This document shows, piece by piece, positions 1-11,400 of a stretch of DNA of 46,000 bases (position 1 is its first letter; each line of letters begins with the position of its first letter). Below the pieces are notes generated by a model. It did not search any database and was not told the DNA's origin. It saw nothing but the letters and a program-made list of their open reading frames with translations. The translations under genes were made by a program, and so were the position numbers. Location: the NCBI GenBank assembly GCA_030704615.1, contig JAKLZA010000032.1, positions 1 through 46,000 on the forward strand. Direction: 5' to 3'. Source of the DNA: Takakia lepidozioides. Its lineage: Eukaryota > Plantae > Bryophyta.

Positions 1-534
1 GTATCGACCAGGACGAACTCTCCACTGGCTGATATGAGCCGTCTCATCACGGTTTTGGAAAGAGTATTTCAACAACTTCCTTTTAAGATCGTACACCTCT
101 TTCTCCAAAAAGATGGAGCCATTCTGCAGCTAAAAACGGGTAGGCAAGACATGTTCCAGAACAATTGCAAATCCATTGTCAAGGACTTCCTGGGAGAACG
201 GCACTGGTTTGTCGACAGAGAAGAACTCCGCTTCAGAGGAAGCCATCTTCCTTCCTCGCGTACGTTTGTACCTTGCTATTGCAGATCTAGTGTAAATCGG
301 TTTACTGATGTCTCCAGAACACAGTTGAAGAATGAACAGAGAATATGGCGGAGGAAGCTCAGACAACGACTGTGCATATTATGTTATTCTTTCCAGATAT
401 GCAGCCGTCCATTTTAATTACTTTTCTTGTGGGCCCAGTGGTCAGAGTATCCCTAGGAGCAGTGTCGGCAACTGATAAACCGTTAACCAGAACCTCATCA
501 ATAAACCCAATAACAAAGCCGACTTCCTGGAAGC

Positions 535-637
535 CAGCGTAGCTACGGCGTGAGCCCAGCCCCGTGAGCCTGGGAGCTGAGCTCACGTTCAAGCTTTGAA
601 GCGTGAGCTGAGCTCACGCTTCAGGGAAGCGTGAGCG
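535..637. repeat. Transposase-side terminus: imperfect TIR plus six CGTGAGC/GCTCACG motifs and palindromes (mirrored at ~44795-44897)
   Basis: CGTAGCTACG palindrome at 538-547. TGAAGCGTGAGCT-G-AGCTCACGCTTCA palindrome at 597-623. CGTGAGC occurs in both orientations. Confidence 0.8.
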
Positions 638-953
638 GCATGAATCTGCTGGAGAAGCAGGTCCTATAGGCGAGGATTGCAGGAAGAGGGCCTATTACCG
701 TGGACAAAACAAAGGAGGCCACCATGCACCATGTCTGCAATGCGTGCCAAAAAAGAGGAATATGTAAACATGTCAGATTTGAGCTCAGAATGATTGACAC
801 AGTTTATTTCAATTCACAGAGAGACGCTTACAATGAATCGCAAGTGCATTTGCCCTCACAAGTGAACGAAATGTATATGTTTGTCATAAAATGAAAAGTC
901 TTCACACGGCAACCTGGAAACCAGCATGGGAAGCGGGCATGGCTCGTATGTGT

Positions 954-3900
954 TCAAAGAGAAGTTGGCGGAGCTCTACGCGAGGTGTCCCGCTGCAGAA
1001 GGGTGATGACTTCTCCGTAGCCTAGTGTGGCTTGGTGAATGAATTGGTCTCTCTTACCGTCGCAACACATAATTACAAGGTATATGTAATATTGATGCTT
1101 GCAGGGGACCCACTTCCCTCTCATGCCGAGAGCGCCCTCACGCATCGTTACAAAATCCGGACAAGTGCACGATGGGAAATTCCCAATGGTAACTTGATAT
1201 TCTTTGGCATGAAGAACTGAGCCAATTGACAGCACTGTGTAAATCCGTCCATACCCCGGGGAAGGGACTTCGGTGATACGAGCCACCGTAGCCTGCAAAA
1301 TTCTAGCCGATTCCATCTTGCATTCGTGATCTGCACCCGAAGCAACACGGCGCACTGTTTTTCCATCTCTTTTTGTTGGGTGGGAGTTGGCACCGGGTGG
1401 AGGCATTGTCGGAGCATGTGGCACATCTGTGCCGACAGTGCATAAGGGCACCACCCGGGACCGTGCAAGACAAAACCCTCCCTCCTCCAGCATGCTTATC
1501 TCGGTTGAGGACAGCGATGTCCCAATTTGCACAGGCCAAATTGCGGGGGGAGGGGGCTTCATTATCACGGAAGGACGAACTGTTCCCTTCACGCATCGTG
1601 CCATATCGTCTGGGCAGAACCAAAACTTGTGCTCTTTTGACTCCCCACTATGATAAGGTCGGAACAACCCTGTGAATGTTGGAGCTGGAGTCCCCCTGGA
1701 GCCTTTGCATATTTTTGATTTGCATTTCTTGAAAGAGGGGGTCCGAATTGCCATGCAAGCCACTCTAGATCCTGGTGGGGTGCGTTCTATATGCCAGTCA
1801 CTATCAATGCAATCAGATTCCTGCACCATGGCCACCACCTCCTCCAATGGGATTTCCGCTGCTATGCTTGCATGTTCCGCACCTGCTCCACAGGAGGAGG
1901 ATCCACCTGGGAAGGGGCCGGCACAGGACTTAGTCTGCACTGGAGACACCTTTGGCACAGAGAAATTGACCCTGTCTGGCCTATGGGAATCTCCATCTGA
2001 CCCTGGAAGAGTGTTTAATTTCCTTTTGCATGATCCAAATCTTTCCTCGCCTTCCAAATGGGGGAGCCTGGATTGCAGAGGGGAACCTTCAGTGCACCTG
2101 TTTAGAGCTCTGGCCATCTTTGACGGGTCTCCGGACCTACTCGCAGCCCTTAGCATCAACAAAGTCGAATCGGGGCCCTTCCCTCCACCCCGTCCCATCA
2201 GAAAATTGCGGTACCTGGTTTGTTGTGTAAGTGCCCGCACCATGTCATCAGCAGTGGCCACATACAAGTCACGACCTGCTTTGGTAGACTGTTGCATCCA
2301 GGCGTTGTGAACAGTCTCTGCCAAATTACACGATGGCATGTCGGCCAAGTCCTCCAAGGACATGTCCTGCAGGAGGCATTGCATGGAAATGTGAGGAAGG
2401 AAAAGAAATGGTAGAGGTTATTCAAGTGACAATCGAACAACCCCAAATGAACAGGCACGATGCAAAGTGCAATTTGTGTTTAAGGAAAACTTGTGAGGCT
2501 TACCGTCGTCATGAAAGCTCCCCACTGTCTGTACCTGAAGTGCCAGAAAACCAACCAGTCCTCCAACTCCTTCAGGTGGATACCTGTAGCAGCACCAGCG
2601 GAGAACCACCAAGCCCGGATTGCCTGGTAAGTGCTCTCTGCTTCTCCCATTGAGGTGGCATTCTTGTACTTCAGACAGAGCCTTCTATGCTCCAACTGAA
2701 GGTCAGGGCGAATGCAGCGCTTTGTATGACGTGCCAGAGATTGACTCCAATGGAAGAGGCATGTGCGCTCCCTATTTTCCATGGGGACCTTAGGATCCCC
2801 AGAACCAAACACGCGCCGCACTGCATTGAAATTTGCCTGTGCACTATCAGCCATGAAGCCCGCAAAGTTTGTGTTCTGTATTCCATTGCGCTGCATGACG
2901 GTCAGGAGGGACTTCCACATGAGCATCTGGGATTCAGTGTCCTCCGACTGCATATCACAAATTGCTATGGAGAGCACACGCTGGTACGCCGGATCATACA
3001 CATGGCACGCCATGGTTGTCCAACCCTTCACCCGTTTGCAGTGATCAAACATTAACCAACATTTAGCCAAATCTCCTCCAGGTTGCATTCGGCGGACAAT
3101 GCTCACACCACTGCCTTGGCCCACAGCGGACATCTTGAACAAATACACTTTGGACGAGCCCTGGCCAGGGAACATACTGTTTTGAATGAATTCATAGCGA
3201 CTCCTCCGTTTGAGGTCCATAATGTTGTCCATGAATCCAGCAGTGCCTGTGCCCATTCTGAGTGCATTCACCTGGTTTCGAATATTGGGAGAGCTCAACA
3301 CGGAGAAATGGTCCATGACTGCCTCAAGGGAATCTGCATCCAGCATTGGCTGTGTCGAATCCCCTTCACCCAGTATGTGTTTTTCCAGGAATGCCTTGCT
3401 AGCTGCAAGCGCTATAGCAGAAGGTGTTGCAGAAGGGGCATTATGGAACTCTTGCTTCAGTAGATTTCTAGCGATGTCCACGCTATCCCTGCAACTCCCT
3501 TTGGACACAGGATGCTCGTGTGCACCCATATGAATGCAGGCACGAGTCATTGTCTTGCATCGATGTGCCACCTGATACATACGAGCGTGGCAAACAGAAA
3601 CACAGGACGGGGAAAGTTTGCAGAACCTGCACACAAAAGTATTGGTATTGGGAGGTGCAAGCCCTGGGGTGAAAGGATTCAGGGGCACACCTTCCCACTC
3701 ACTTTCGTTTGGCTGAGCGCTGTTTCTCAGCCGAGGGCAAGAAATATTCAGGCACTTGCAATGCCCAACGCAAACCGACCTCCGAAATTTCAAGCCAATG
3801 TCGTTATGGATGTTCGAAGTTTTTGTCCTGCACCAAGGATGTCCGTCATGTTTCTTGTCCATGCCCTGCAGAAGCCCAGCCAGTCCACTGGAAGACGTGG

Positions 3901-4525
3901 GAGGGTTGAGCTCAAACAAGATGTCCCCATCAAACTGAGCTGGCACGTATTGAACACGTTGCACTGGAAGGGACTCCCAATCAACAAAACGTAGCTCGCT
4001 CTTGCACCCAGGCACACCTGCGAGGGCTTTCAATTTTGGAATGACACTTGTTATCTCGCGCAATTCGTCATCATCCAATAAGGGAGTTTGCACTGGCGGA
4101 GGAATCTCAGAAACATCCTCCGAGGACGAGTCCGAAAGAGTAACGAAGGTAGTGGATGTGCTCACCTCTTGTTTCACAGGAACTGTGCCCTTCTGTTGCA
4201 CGACCGATGCTGCAGTGCCAGGGGTAACGACTGATCCTGCTGATTGTCTTCTCTCTTTTCCAAGGACACGGTATGTTCCTGGAAGGACTCTCCACTTCCT
4301 TCCACACTCGCCAACCAAGGGTTTCTCCAAGTGCCCAGAATCCAAATTCCCATCCTCGTCATACACCTCTTTCTGAACAAGCAGAGAACCCAACTCCAGC
4401 GGGAACACTGTAACCAGCTCATCCTCATGAACAACTGCATACCCATCGTCGTCTGCAGTGGCAGTCAGTGGAAGAGTACCTGCATTGGAATGGAATCGAG
4501 CGAGTGCATCTCGCTCCCTCGACAT
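954..4525 (-). CDS. Mutator-like DDE transposase, GCM-like Zn domain + DDE + SWIM, ~1144 aa; exons 4525-2504 and 2366-954
   Basis: The phase-0 intron 2503-2367 (GTAAGC...CTGCAG) joins ORFs 2480..4948 and 954..2384 in frame. Motifs: WLMFD, FMAD, CLFH (CxxH), CNLAETVHN (putative catalytic E), SWIM CTC...CKH, and GCM-like HDGHPW...CVGHCKC...C..C...GAHEHP. The start codon at 4525 is inferred. Confidence 0.85.
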
Positions 4526-5467
4526 GTTTTCCAGCACTGAACGAAACTGCCGATGCAGAACGGAATCCCCGAACTGAGAGCCCGTAATTATCGAAAGTGG
4601 AAATACCACCAGCAAACTGAGGTCAACAAGGGTAGCACCAAACCCAAGGCTGCCGGCGATGCATGCCAAGGATGTAGGGATGACGTGCACATTCACCTCC
4701 CACCAACCAGAAAAACGGTTTTGAAAGACCAGAGCCACAAGAAGCCGTACTGTTTTTGGATGGAAAACAAACCCTGAAATTGACATGAAACCATCCATTA
4801 TGAAATGACGGCAACAACCCTGGAGAGCAGTAAACAGGAAGATCCGATTGTAATGAGATTGTGTTGCGCCAGAATAGCACAGAACAAACACCGACACTTC
4901 AAGAGATACCTCGCACGAATGTGTGCAACACATGGTCATATCCGACACAATCCTTTATACCGAATGACCCCATGGGGACGGTCACGGCATAAAAAAAACC
5001 ACAGGGCATGCAGCACAACACACGTGGATGCATATGTGAAGCATAACAATTATTGCGAATCTGGAAGAACTGCTCGGAATTGAAAAAGCACTACATTTCT
5101 ACGGCGCATTCGAATTTGAAAGAAGGCAAGGAGGCCGCCATGTATTGGCAGGCGGCGAAGCACATCTGACATATATCGCAAATGCATGCAACGGATATTC
5201 TTTTTCTTCGGCGCTTTATTAGCTGGGTAATACAAAGACGACAAAATGGATGAATTCCGTTCGCACACAATATCAACACCCGCATCCAAATACGGTTGAC
5301 AACGTCCATTTTTATTTTTGTTACATGCGATACCAGAACTTGTTGCAAACGTCAAACTGGAGAGCTCCAGGGGCATCGTGGGGAGCCCTTGTTTCCAGCG
5401 GAGGAGAAAGAGAAGGAAGTCATTATACTTCACGAGTTCTAGAAACAGGAATAGAGCTAGATATAGA

Positions 5468-8400
5468 ATGAGGATGGAAAGAGTGGAGGAAGAGGAAAAG
5501 GAGGAAGAAGAGGGAATACAGGAAAGTGTGGCGATGGAGGAGCAGGAATCTGGAGAAGAACAACAACCCACCATAGTTCCAGGAACAGGCGAGGAGGACA
5601 CTGCGTCTGAGGGAGAGACAGACGACATGGAGGAAGATGTTGACACTGGCCTCACGGACGATCTGACCACGGGAAAGAGGAAGGGGGAGAGGCTCACCTA
5701 CATAGTCGGCGAAGAGAGCAGCCCCAAGCGGAAAGCGTCCCCGGCAACTGGGGAGTCTTCTCGAGTAGCTACGAAAAAGGTAAAATCCACACGACCCATA
5801 TTTGTGAAGAATTCGGCTTTGAATGGCAGGTATTTGTGAAAGAAAGAACCATTGGTCTTGCAAAATTTGGTCTTGATGTCTGTTATGTGAGGGTGAAACG
5901 AACCCTTCACTGCCAGCCCAGACAGTGTGCGGCAACGCACACTGTTTGAGCTGAGCATTTCAATGTTTCTGGGTGCAAAATTTGGACTTCAGGGGCACCT
6001 GTGTGAGTGTGAAAAGAACCCTTCACTGCCAGCCCAGACAGTGTGCGGCAACGCACACTGTTTGAGCTGAGCATTTCAATGTTTATGGGTGCAAAATTTG
6101 GACTTCAGGGCACCTGTGTGAGTGTGAAATGAACCCTTCACTGCCAGCTCAGACAGTGTGCGGCAACGCACACTGTTTGAGCTGGGCATTTCGGTGTTTC
6201 TGGGTGCAAAATTTGGTCTTTGCTGTCTGTTATCTGAGGTTGAAATGAACCCTTCAAAACCAGCTCAAACAGCGTGCGGCAACGCACAATGTTTGAGCAG
6301 ACCTTTTCAATGTTTTAGGGTTCAAAATTTGGTCTTGATGTCTGTTATGTTAGTGTGAAATGAACCCTTCACTGCCAGCTCAGACAGTGTGCGGCAACGC
6401 ACACTGTTTGAGCTGAGCATTTCAATGTTTCTGGATGCAAAATTGGACTTCAGGGGCACCTGTGTGAGTGTGAAATGAACCCTTCACTGCCAGCCAGACA
6501 GTGTGCGGCAACGCACACTGTTTGAGCTGAGCATTTCAATGTTTCTGGGTGCAAAATTTGGACTTCAGGGGCACCTGTGTGAGTGTGAAAAGAACCCTTC
6601 ACTGCCAGCCCAGACAGTGTGCGGCAACGCACACTGTTTGAGCTGAGCATTTCAATGTTTATGGGTGCAAATTTGGACTTCAGGGGCACCTGTGTGAGTG
6701 TGAAATGAACCCTTCACTGCCAGCTCAGACAGTGTGCGGCAACGCACACTATTTGAGCTGGCATTTCAATGTTTCTGGTGCAAAATTTGGTCTTTGCTGT
6801 CTGTTATCTGAGGTTGAAATGAACCCTTCACTGCCAGCTCAAACAGTGTGCGGCAACGCACACTGTTTGAGCAGACCTTTTCAATGTTTTAGGGTTCAAA
6901 ATTTGGTCTTGATGTCTGTTATGTTAGTGTGAAAAGAACCCTTCACTGCCAGCTCAGACAGTGTGCGGCAACGCACACTGTTTGAGCTGAGCATTTCAAT
7001 GTTTCTGGATGCAAAAATTGGACTTCAGGGGCACCTGTGTGAGTGTGAAATGAACCCTTCACTGCCAGCTCAGACAGTGTGCGGCAACGCACACTGTTTG
7101 AGCTGAGCATTTCAATGTTTCTGGGTGAAATATTTGGACTTCAGGGGCACCTGTGTGAGTGTGAAAAGAACCCTTCACTGCCAGCCCAGACAGTGTGCGG
7201 CAACGCACACTGTTTGAGCTGAGCATTTCAATGTTTCTGGGTGCAAAATTTGGACTTCAGGGGCACCTGTGTGAGTGTGAAAAGAACCCTTCACTGCCAG
7301 CTCAGACAGTGTGCGGCAACGCACACTGTTTGAGCTGAGCATTTCAATGTTTCTGGGTGAAATATTTGGACTTCAGGGGCACCTGTGTGAGTGTGAAAAG
7401 AACCCTTCACTGCCAGCTCAGACAGTGTGCGGCAACGCACACTGTTTGAGCTGAGCATTTCAATGTTTCTGGATGCAAAATTGGACTTCAGGGGCACCTG
7501 TGTGAGTGTGAAAATAACCCTTCACTGCCAGCCCAGACAGTGTGCGGCAACGCACACTGTTTGAGCTGAGCATTTCAATGTTTCTGGGTGCAAAATTTGG
7601 ACTTCAGGGCACCTGTGTGAGGGTGAAATGAACCCTTCACTGCCAGCTCAGACAGTGTGCGGCAACGCACACTGTTTGAGCTGAGCATTTCAATGTTTCT
7701 GGGGGAAATATTTGGACTTCATGGGCACCTGTGTGAGTGTGAAAAGAACCCTTCACTGCCAGCCCAGACAGTGTGCGGCAACGCACACTGTTTGAGCTGA
7801 GCATTTCAATGTTTCTGGGTGCAAAATTTGGACTTCAGGGGCACCTGTGTGAGTGTGAAAAGAACCCTTCACTGCCAGCTCAGACAGTGTGCGGCAACGC
7901 ACACTGTTTGAGCTGAGCATTTCAATGTTTCTGGGTGAAATATTTGGACTTCAGGGGCACCTGTGTGAGTGTGAAAGAACCCTTCACTGCCAGCTCAGAC
8001 AGTGTGCGGCAACGCACACTGTTTGAGCTGAGCATTTCAATGTTTCTGGATGCAAAAATTGGACTTCAGGGGCACCTGTGTGAGTGTGAAATGAACCCTT
8101 CACTGCCAGCTCAGACAGTGTGCGGCAACGCACACTGTTTGAGCTGAGCATTTCAATGTTTCTGGATGCAAAAATTGGACTTCAGGGGCACCTGTGTGAG
8201 TGTGAAATGAACCCTTCACTGCCAGCTCAGACAGTGTGCGGCAACGCACACTGTTTGAGCTGAGCATTTCAATGTTTCTGGATGCAAAATTTGGACTTCA
8301 GGGGCACCTGTGTGAGTGTGAAAAAACCCTTCACTGCCAGCCCAGACAGTGTGCGGCAACGCACACTGTTTGAGCTGAGCATTTCAATGTTTCTGGGTGC

Positions 8401-11400
8401 AAAATTTGGACTTCATGGGCACCCGTGTGAGGGTGAAATGAACCCTTCACTGCCAGCTCAGACAGTGTGCGGCAACGCACACTGTTTGAGCTGAGCATTT
8501 CAATGTTTCTGGGTGAAATATTTGGACTTCAGGGGCACCTGTGTGAGTGTGAAAAGAACCCTTCACTGCCAGCCCAGACAGTGTGCGGCAACGCACACTG
8601 TTTGAGCTGAGCATTTCAATGTTTCTGGGTGAAATATTTGGACTTCAGGGGCACCTGTGTGAGTGTGAAATGAACCTTCACTGCCAGCTCAGACAGTGTG
8701 CGGCAACGCACACTGTTTGAGCTGAGCATTTCAATGTTTCTGGATGCAAAAATTGGACTTCAGGGGCACCTGTGTGAGTGTGTAAAGAACCCTTCACTGC
8801 CAGCTCATACAGTGTGCGGCAACGCACACTGTTTGAGCTGAGCATTTCAATGTTTCTGGTGCAAAATTTGGACTTCAGGGGCACCTGTGTGAGTGTGAAA
8901 AGAACCCTTCACTGCCAGCCCAGACAGTGTGCGGCAACGCACACTGTTTGAGCTGAGCATTTCAATGTTTCTGGGTGCAAATTTGGACTTCATGGGCACA
9001 TTTTTGAGTATAAAATGAACCCTTCACTGTCAGCTCAAACAGTCTGCGGAACCGCACACTGTTTGAGCTGAGCATTTCAATGTTTCTGGTGAAATATTTG
9101 GACTTCAGGGGCACCTGTGTGAGTGTGAAAAGAACCTTCACTGCCAGGACAGTGTGCGGCAACGCACACTGTTTGAGCTGAGCATTTCAATGTTTCTGAT
9201 TTGGACTTCAGGGGCACCTGTGTGAGTGTGAAATGAACCCTTCACTGCCAGCTCAGACAGTGTGCGGCAACGCACACTGTTTGAGCTGAGCATTTCAATG
9301 TTTCTGGGTGAAAAATTTGGACTTCAGGGGCACCTGTGTGAGTGTGAAATGAACCCTTCACTGCCAGCTCAGACAGTGTGCGGCAACGCACACTGTTTGA
9401 GCTGAGCATTTCAATGTTTCTGGGTGAAAATTTGGACTTCAGGGGCACCTGTGTGAGTGTGAAATGAACCCTTCACTGCCAGCTCAGACAGTGTGCGGCA
9501 ACGCACACTGTTTGAGCTGAGCATTTCAATGTTTCTGGGTGAAAAATTTGGACTTCAGGGCACCTGTGTGAGTGTGAAAATGAACCCTTCACTGCCAGCT
9601 CAGACAGTGTGCGGCAACGCACACTGTTTGAGCTGAGCATTTCAATGTTTCTGGGGTGAAAATTTGGACTTCAGGGGCACCTGTGTGAGTGTGAAAAGAA
9701 CCCTTCACTGCCAGCCAGACAGTGTGCGGCAACGCACACTGTTTGAGCTGAGCATTTCAATGTTTCTGGGTGCAAAATTTGGACTTCAGGGGCACCTGTG
9801 TGTGTGAAAAAACCTTCACTGCCAGCTCAGACAGTGTGCGGCAACGCACACTTTGAGCTGAGCATTTCAATGTTTCTGGTGAAAATTTGGACTTCAGGGG
9901 CACCTGTGTGAGTGTGAAAGAACCCTTCACTGCCAGCTCACAGTGTGCGGCAACGCACACTGTTTGAGCTTTCAATGTTTCGGGTGAAAATTTGGACTTC
10001 AGGGGCACCTGTGTGAGTGTGAAAAGAACCCTTCACTGCCAGCTCAGACAGTGTGCGGCAACGCACACTGTTTGAGCTGAGCATTTCAATGTTTCTGGTG
10101 CAAAATTTGGACTTCAGGGGCACCTGTGTGAGTGTGAAAGAACCCTTCACTGCCAGCTCAGACAGTGTGCGGCAACGCACACTGTTTGAGCTGAGCATTT
10201 CAATGTTTCTGGGTGAAATATTTGGACTTCAGGGGCACCTGTGTGAGTGTGAAAGAACCCTTCACTGCCAGCTCAGACAGTGTGCGGCAACGCACACTGT
10301 TTGAGCTGAGCATTTCAATGTTTCTGGGTGAAAATTTGGACTTCAGGGCACCGTGTGAGTGTGAAATGAACCCTTCACTGCCAGCTCAGACAGTGTGCGG
10401 CAACGCACACTGTTTGAGCTGAGCATTTCAATGTTTCTGGGTGAAAATTTGGACTTCAGGGGCACCTGTGTGAGTGTGAAATGAACCCTTCACTGCCAGC
10501 CCAGACAGTGTGCGGCAACGCACACTGTTTGAGCTGAGCATTTCAATGTTTCTGGGTGCAAAATTTGGACTTCAGGGGCACCTGTGTGAGTGTGAAATGA
10601 ACCCTTCACTGCCAGCTCAGACAGTGTGCGGCAACGCACACTGTTTGAGCTGAGCATTTCAATGTTTCTGGGTGCAAAATTTGGACTTCATGGGCACCCG
10701 TGTGAGGGTGAAATGAACCCTTCACTGCCAGCCCAGACAGTGTGCGGCAACGCACACTGTTTGAGCTGAGCATTTCAATGTTTCTGGTGCAAAATTTGGA
10801 CTTCATGGGCACATTTTTGAGTATAAAATGAACCCTTCACTGTCAGCTCAAACAGTCTGCGGAACCGCACACTGTGTAGGCAGAACATATGAATATGGAA
10901 GGGCGCAACTTTCGGCCCTCATGGGCAGATATTTGAGCAGAACTTTTCAATGTTCTTTCCCTGTGTAAATCGGGAACATAGTGCATGTCCGTGAGGATCA
11001 ATGAACACTTATCTGGCAGCTCAAAGAACACTTCCCTTTTTATCCCACTTTTTCATGCATCGGTCGACGTTTCATTCCTCTCTTATAAGAATTTGAGTGA
11101 ACAACCTTGCAGGGGAAAATGCAAAGTGTGGCGGATGAGGTCCCTCAGGGTCAGGGGAAGGAGACCAAAGATGATGTGACGATGAGTTTTATGAAAGCAA
11201 AGCCGCTGAGATGCTGGGGGGTCAAAAGGTGAACTCTCAGCTTGTGGTTCAAAGTATGCTTGCTCCTGGTGGGAGGTTGAAGATTCCCCTGTGTAGGTTG
11301 GTTTCCATGCCCGTCGTTCGTCCACCCCTTGTCAAAGACATTCTCAAGCTGGAGGCCGAGTTTGTTCATGGGTATTTGGATGGATCCGCGGTCTTTTACG

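Noticed and set aside
1-534. Short ORFs in the left flank
   Set aside because: No recognisable motifs; cannot be assigned from the sequence alone.
4526-4948. First 141 aa of the 822-aa ORF as real protein
   Set aside because: It has a non-ATG start and T-rich, intron/UTR-like sequence. MSRERD at 4525 is a more plausible start, although short upstream exons cannot be excluded.
6158-10812. Numerous 60-100 aa ORFs inside the arrays
   Set aside because: The 116-bp unit is not a multiple of 3, so these ORFs are by-products of the repeat.
5857-10878. CRISPR array (palindromic repeats with spacers)
   Set aside because: The intervening sequences are homologous variants of one linker rather than unique spacers. 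There are no cas genes and the context is eukaryotic.
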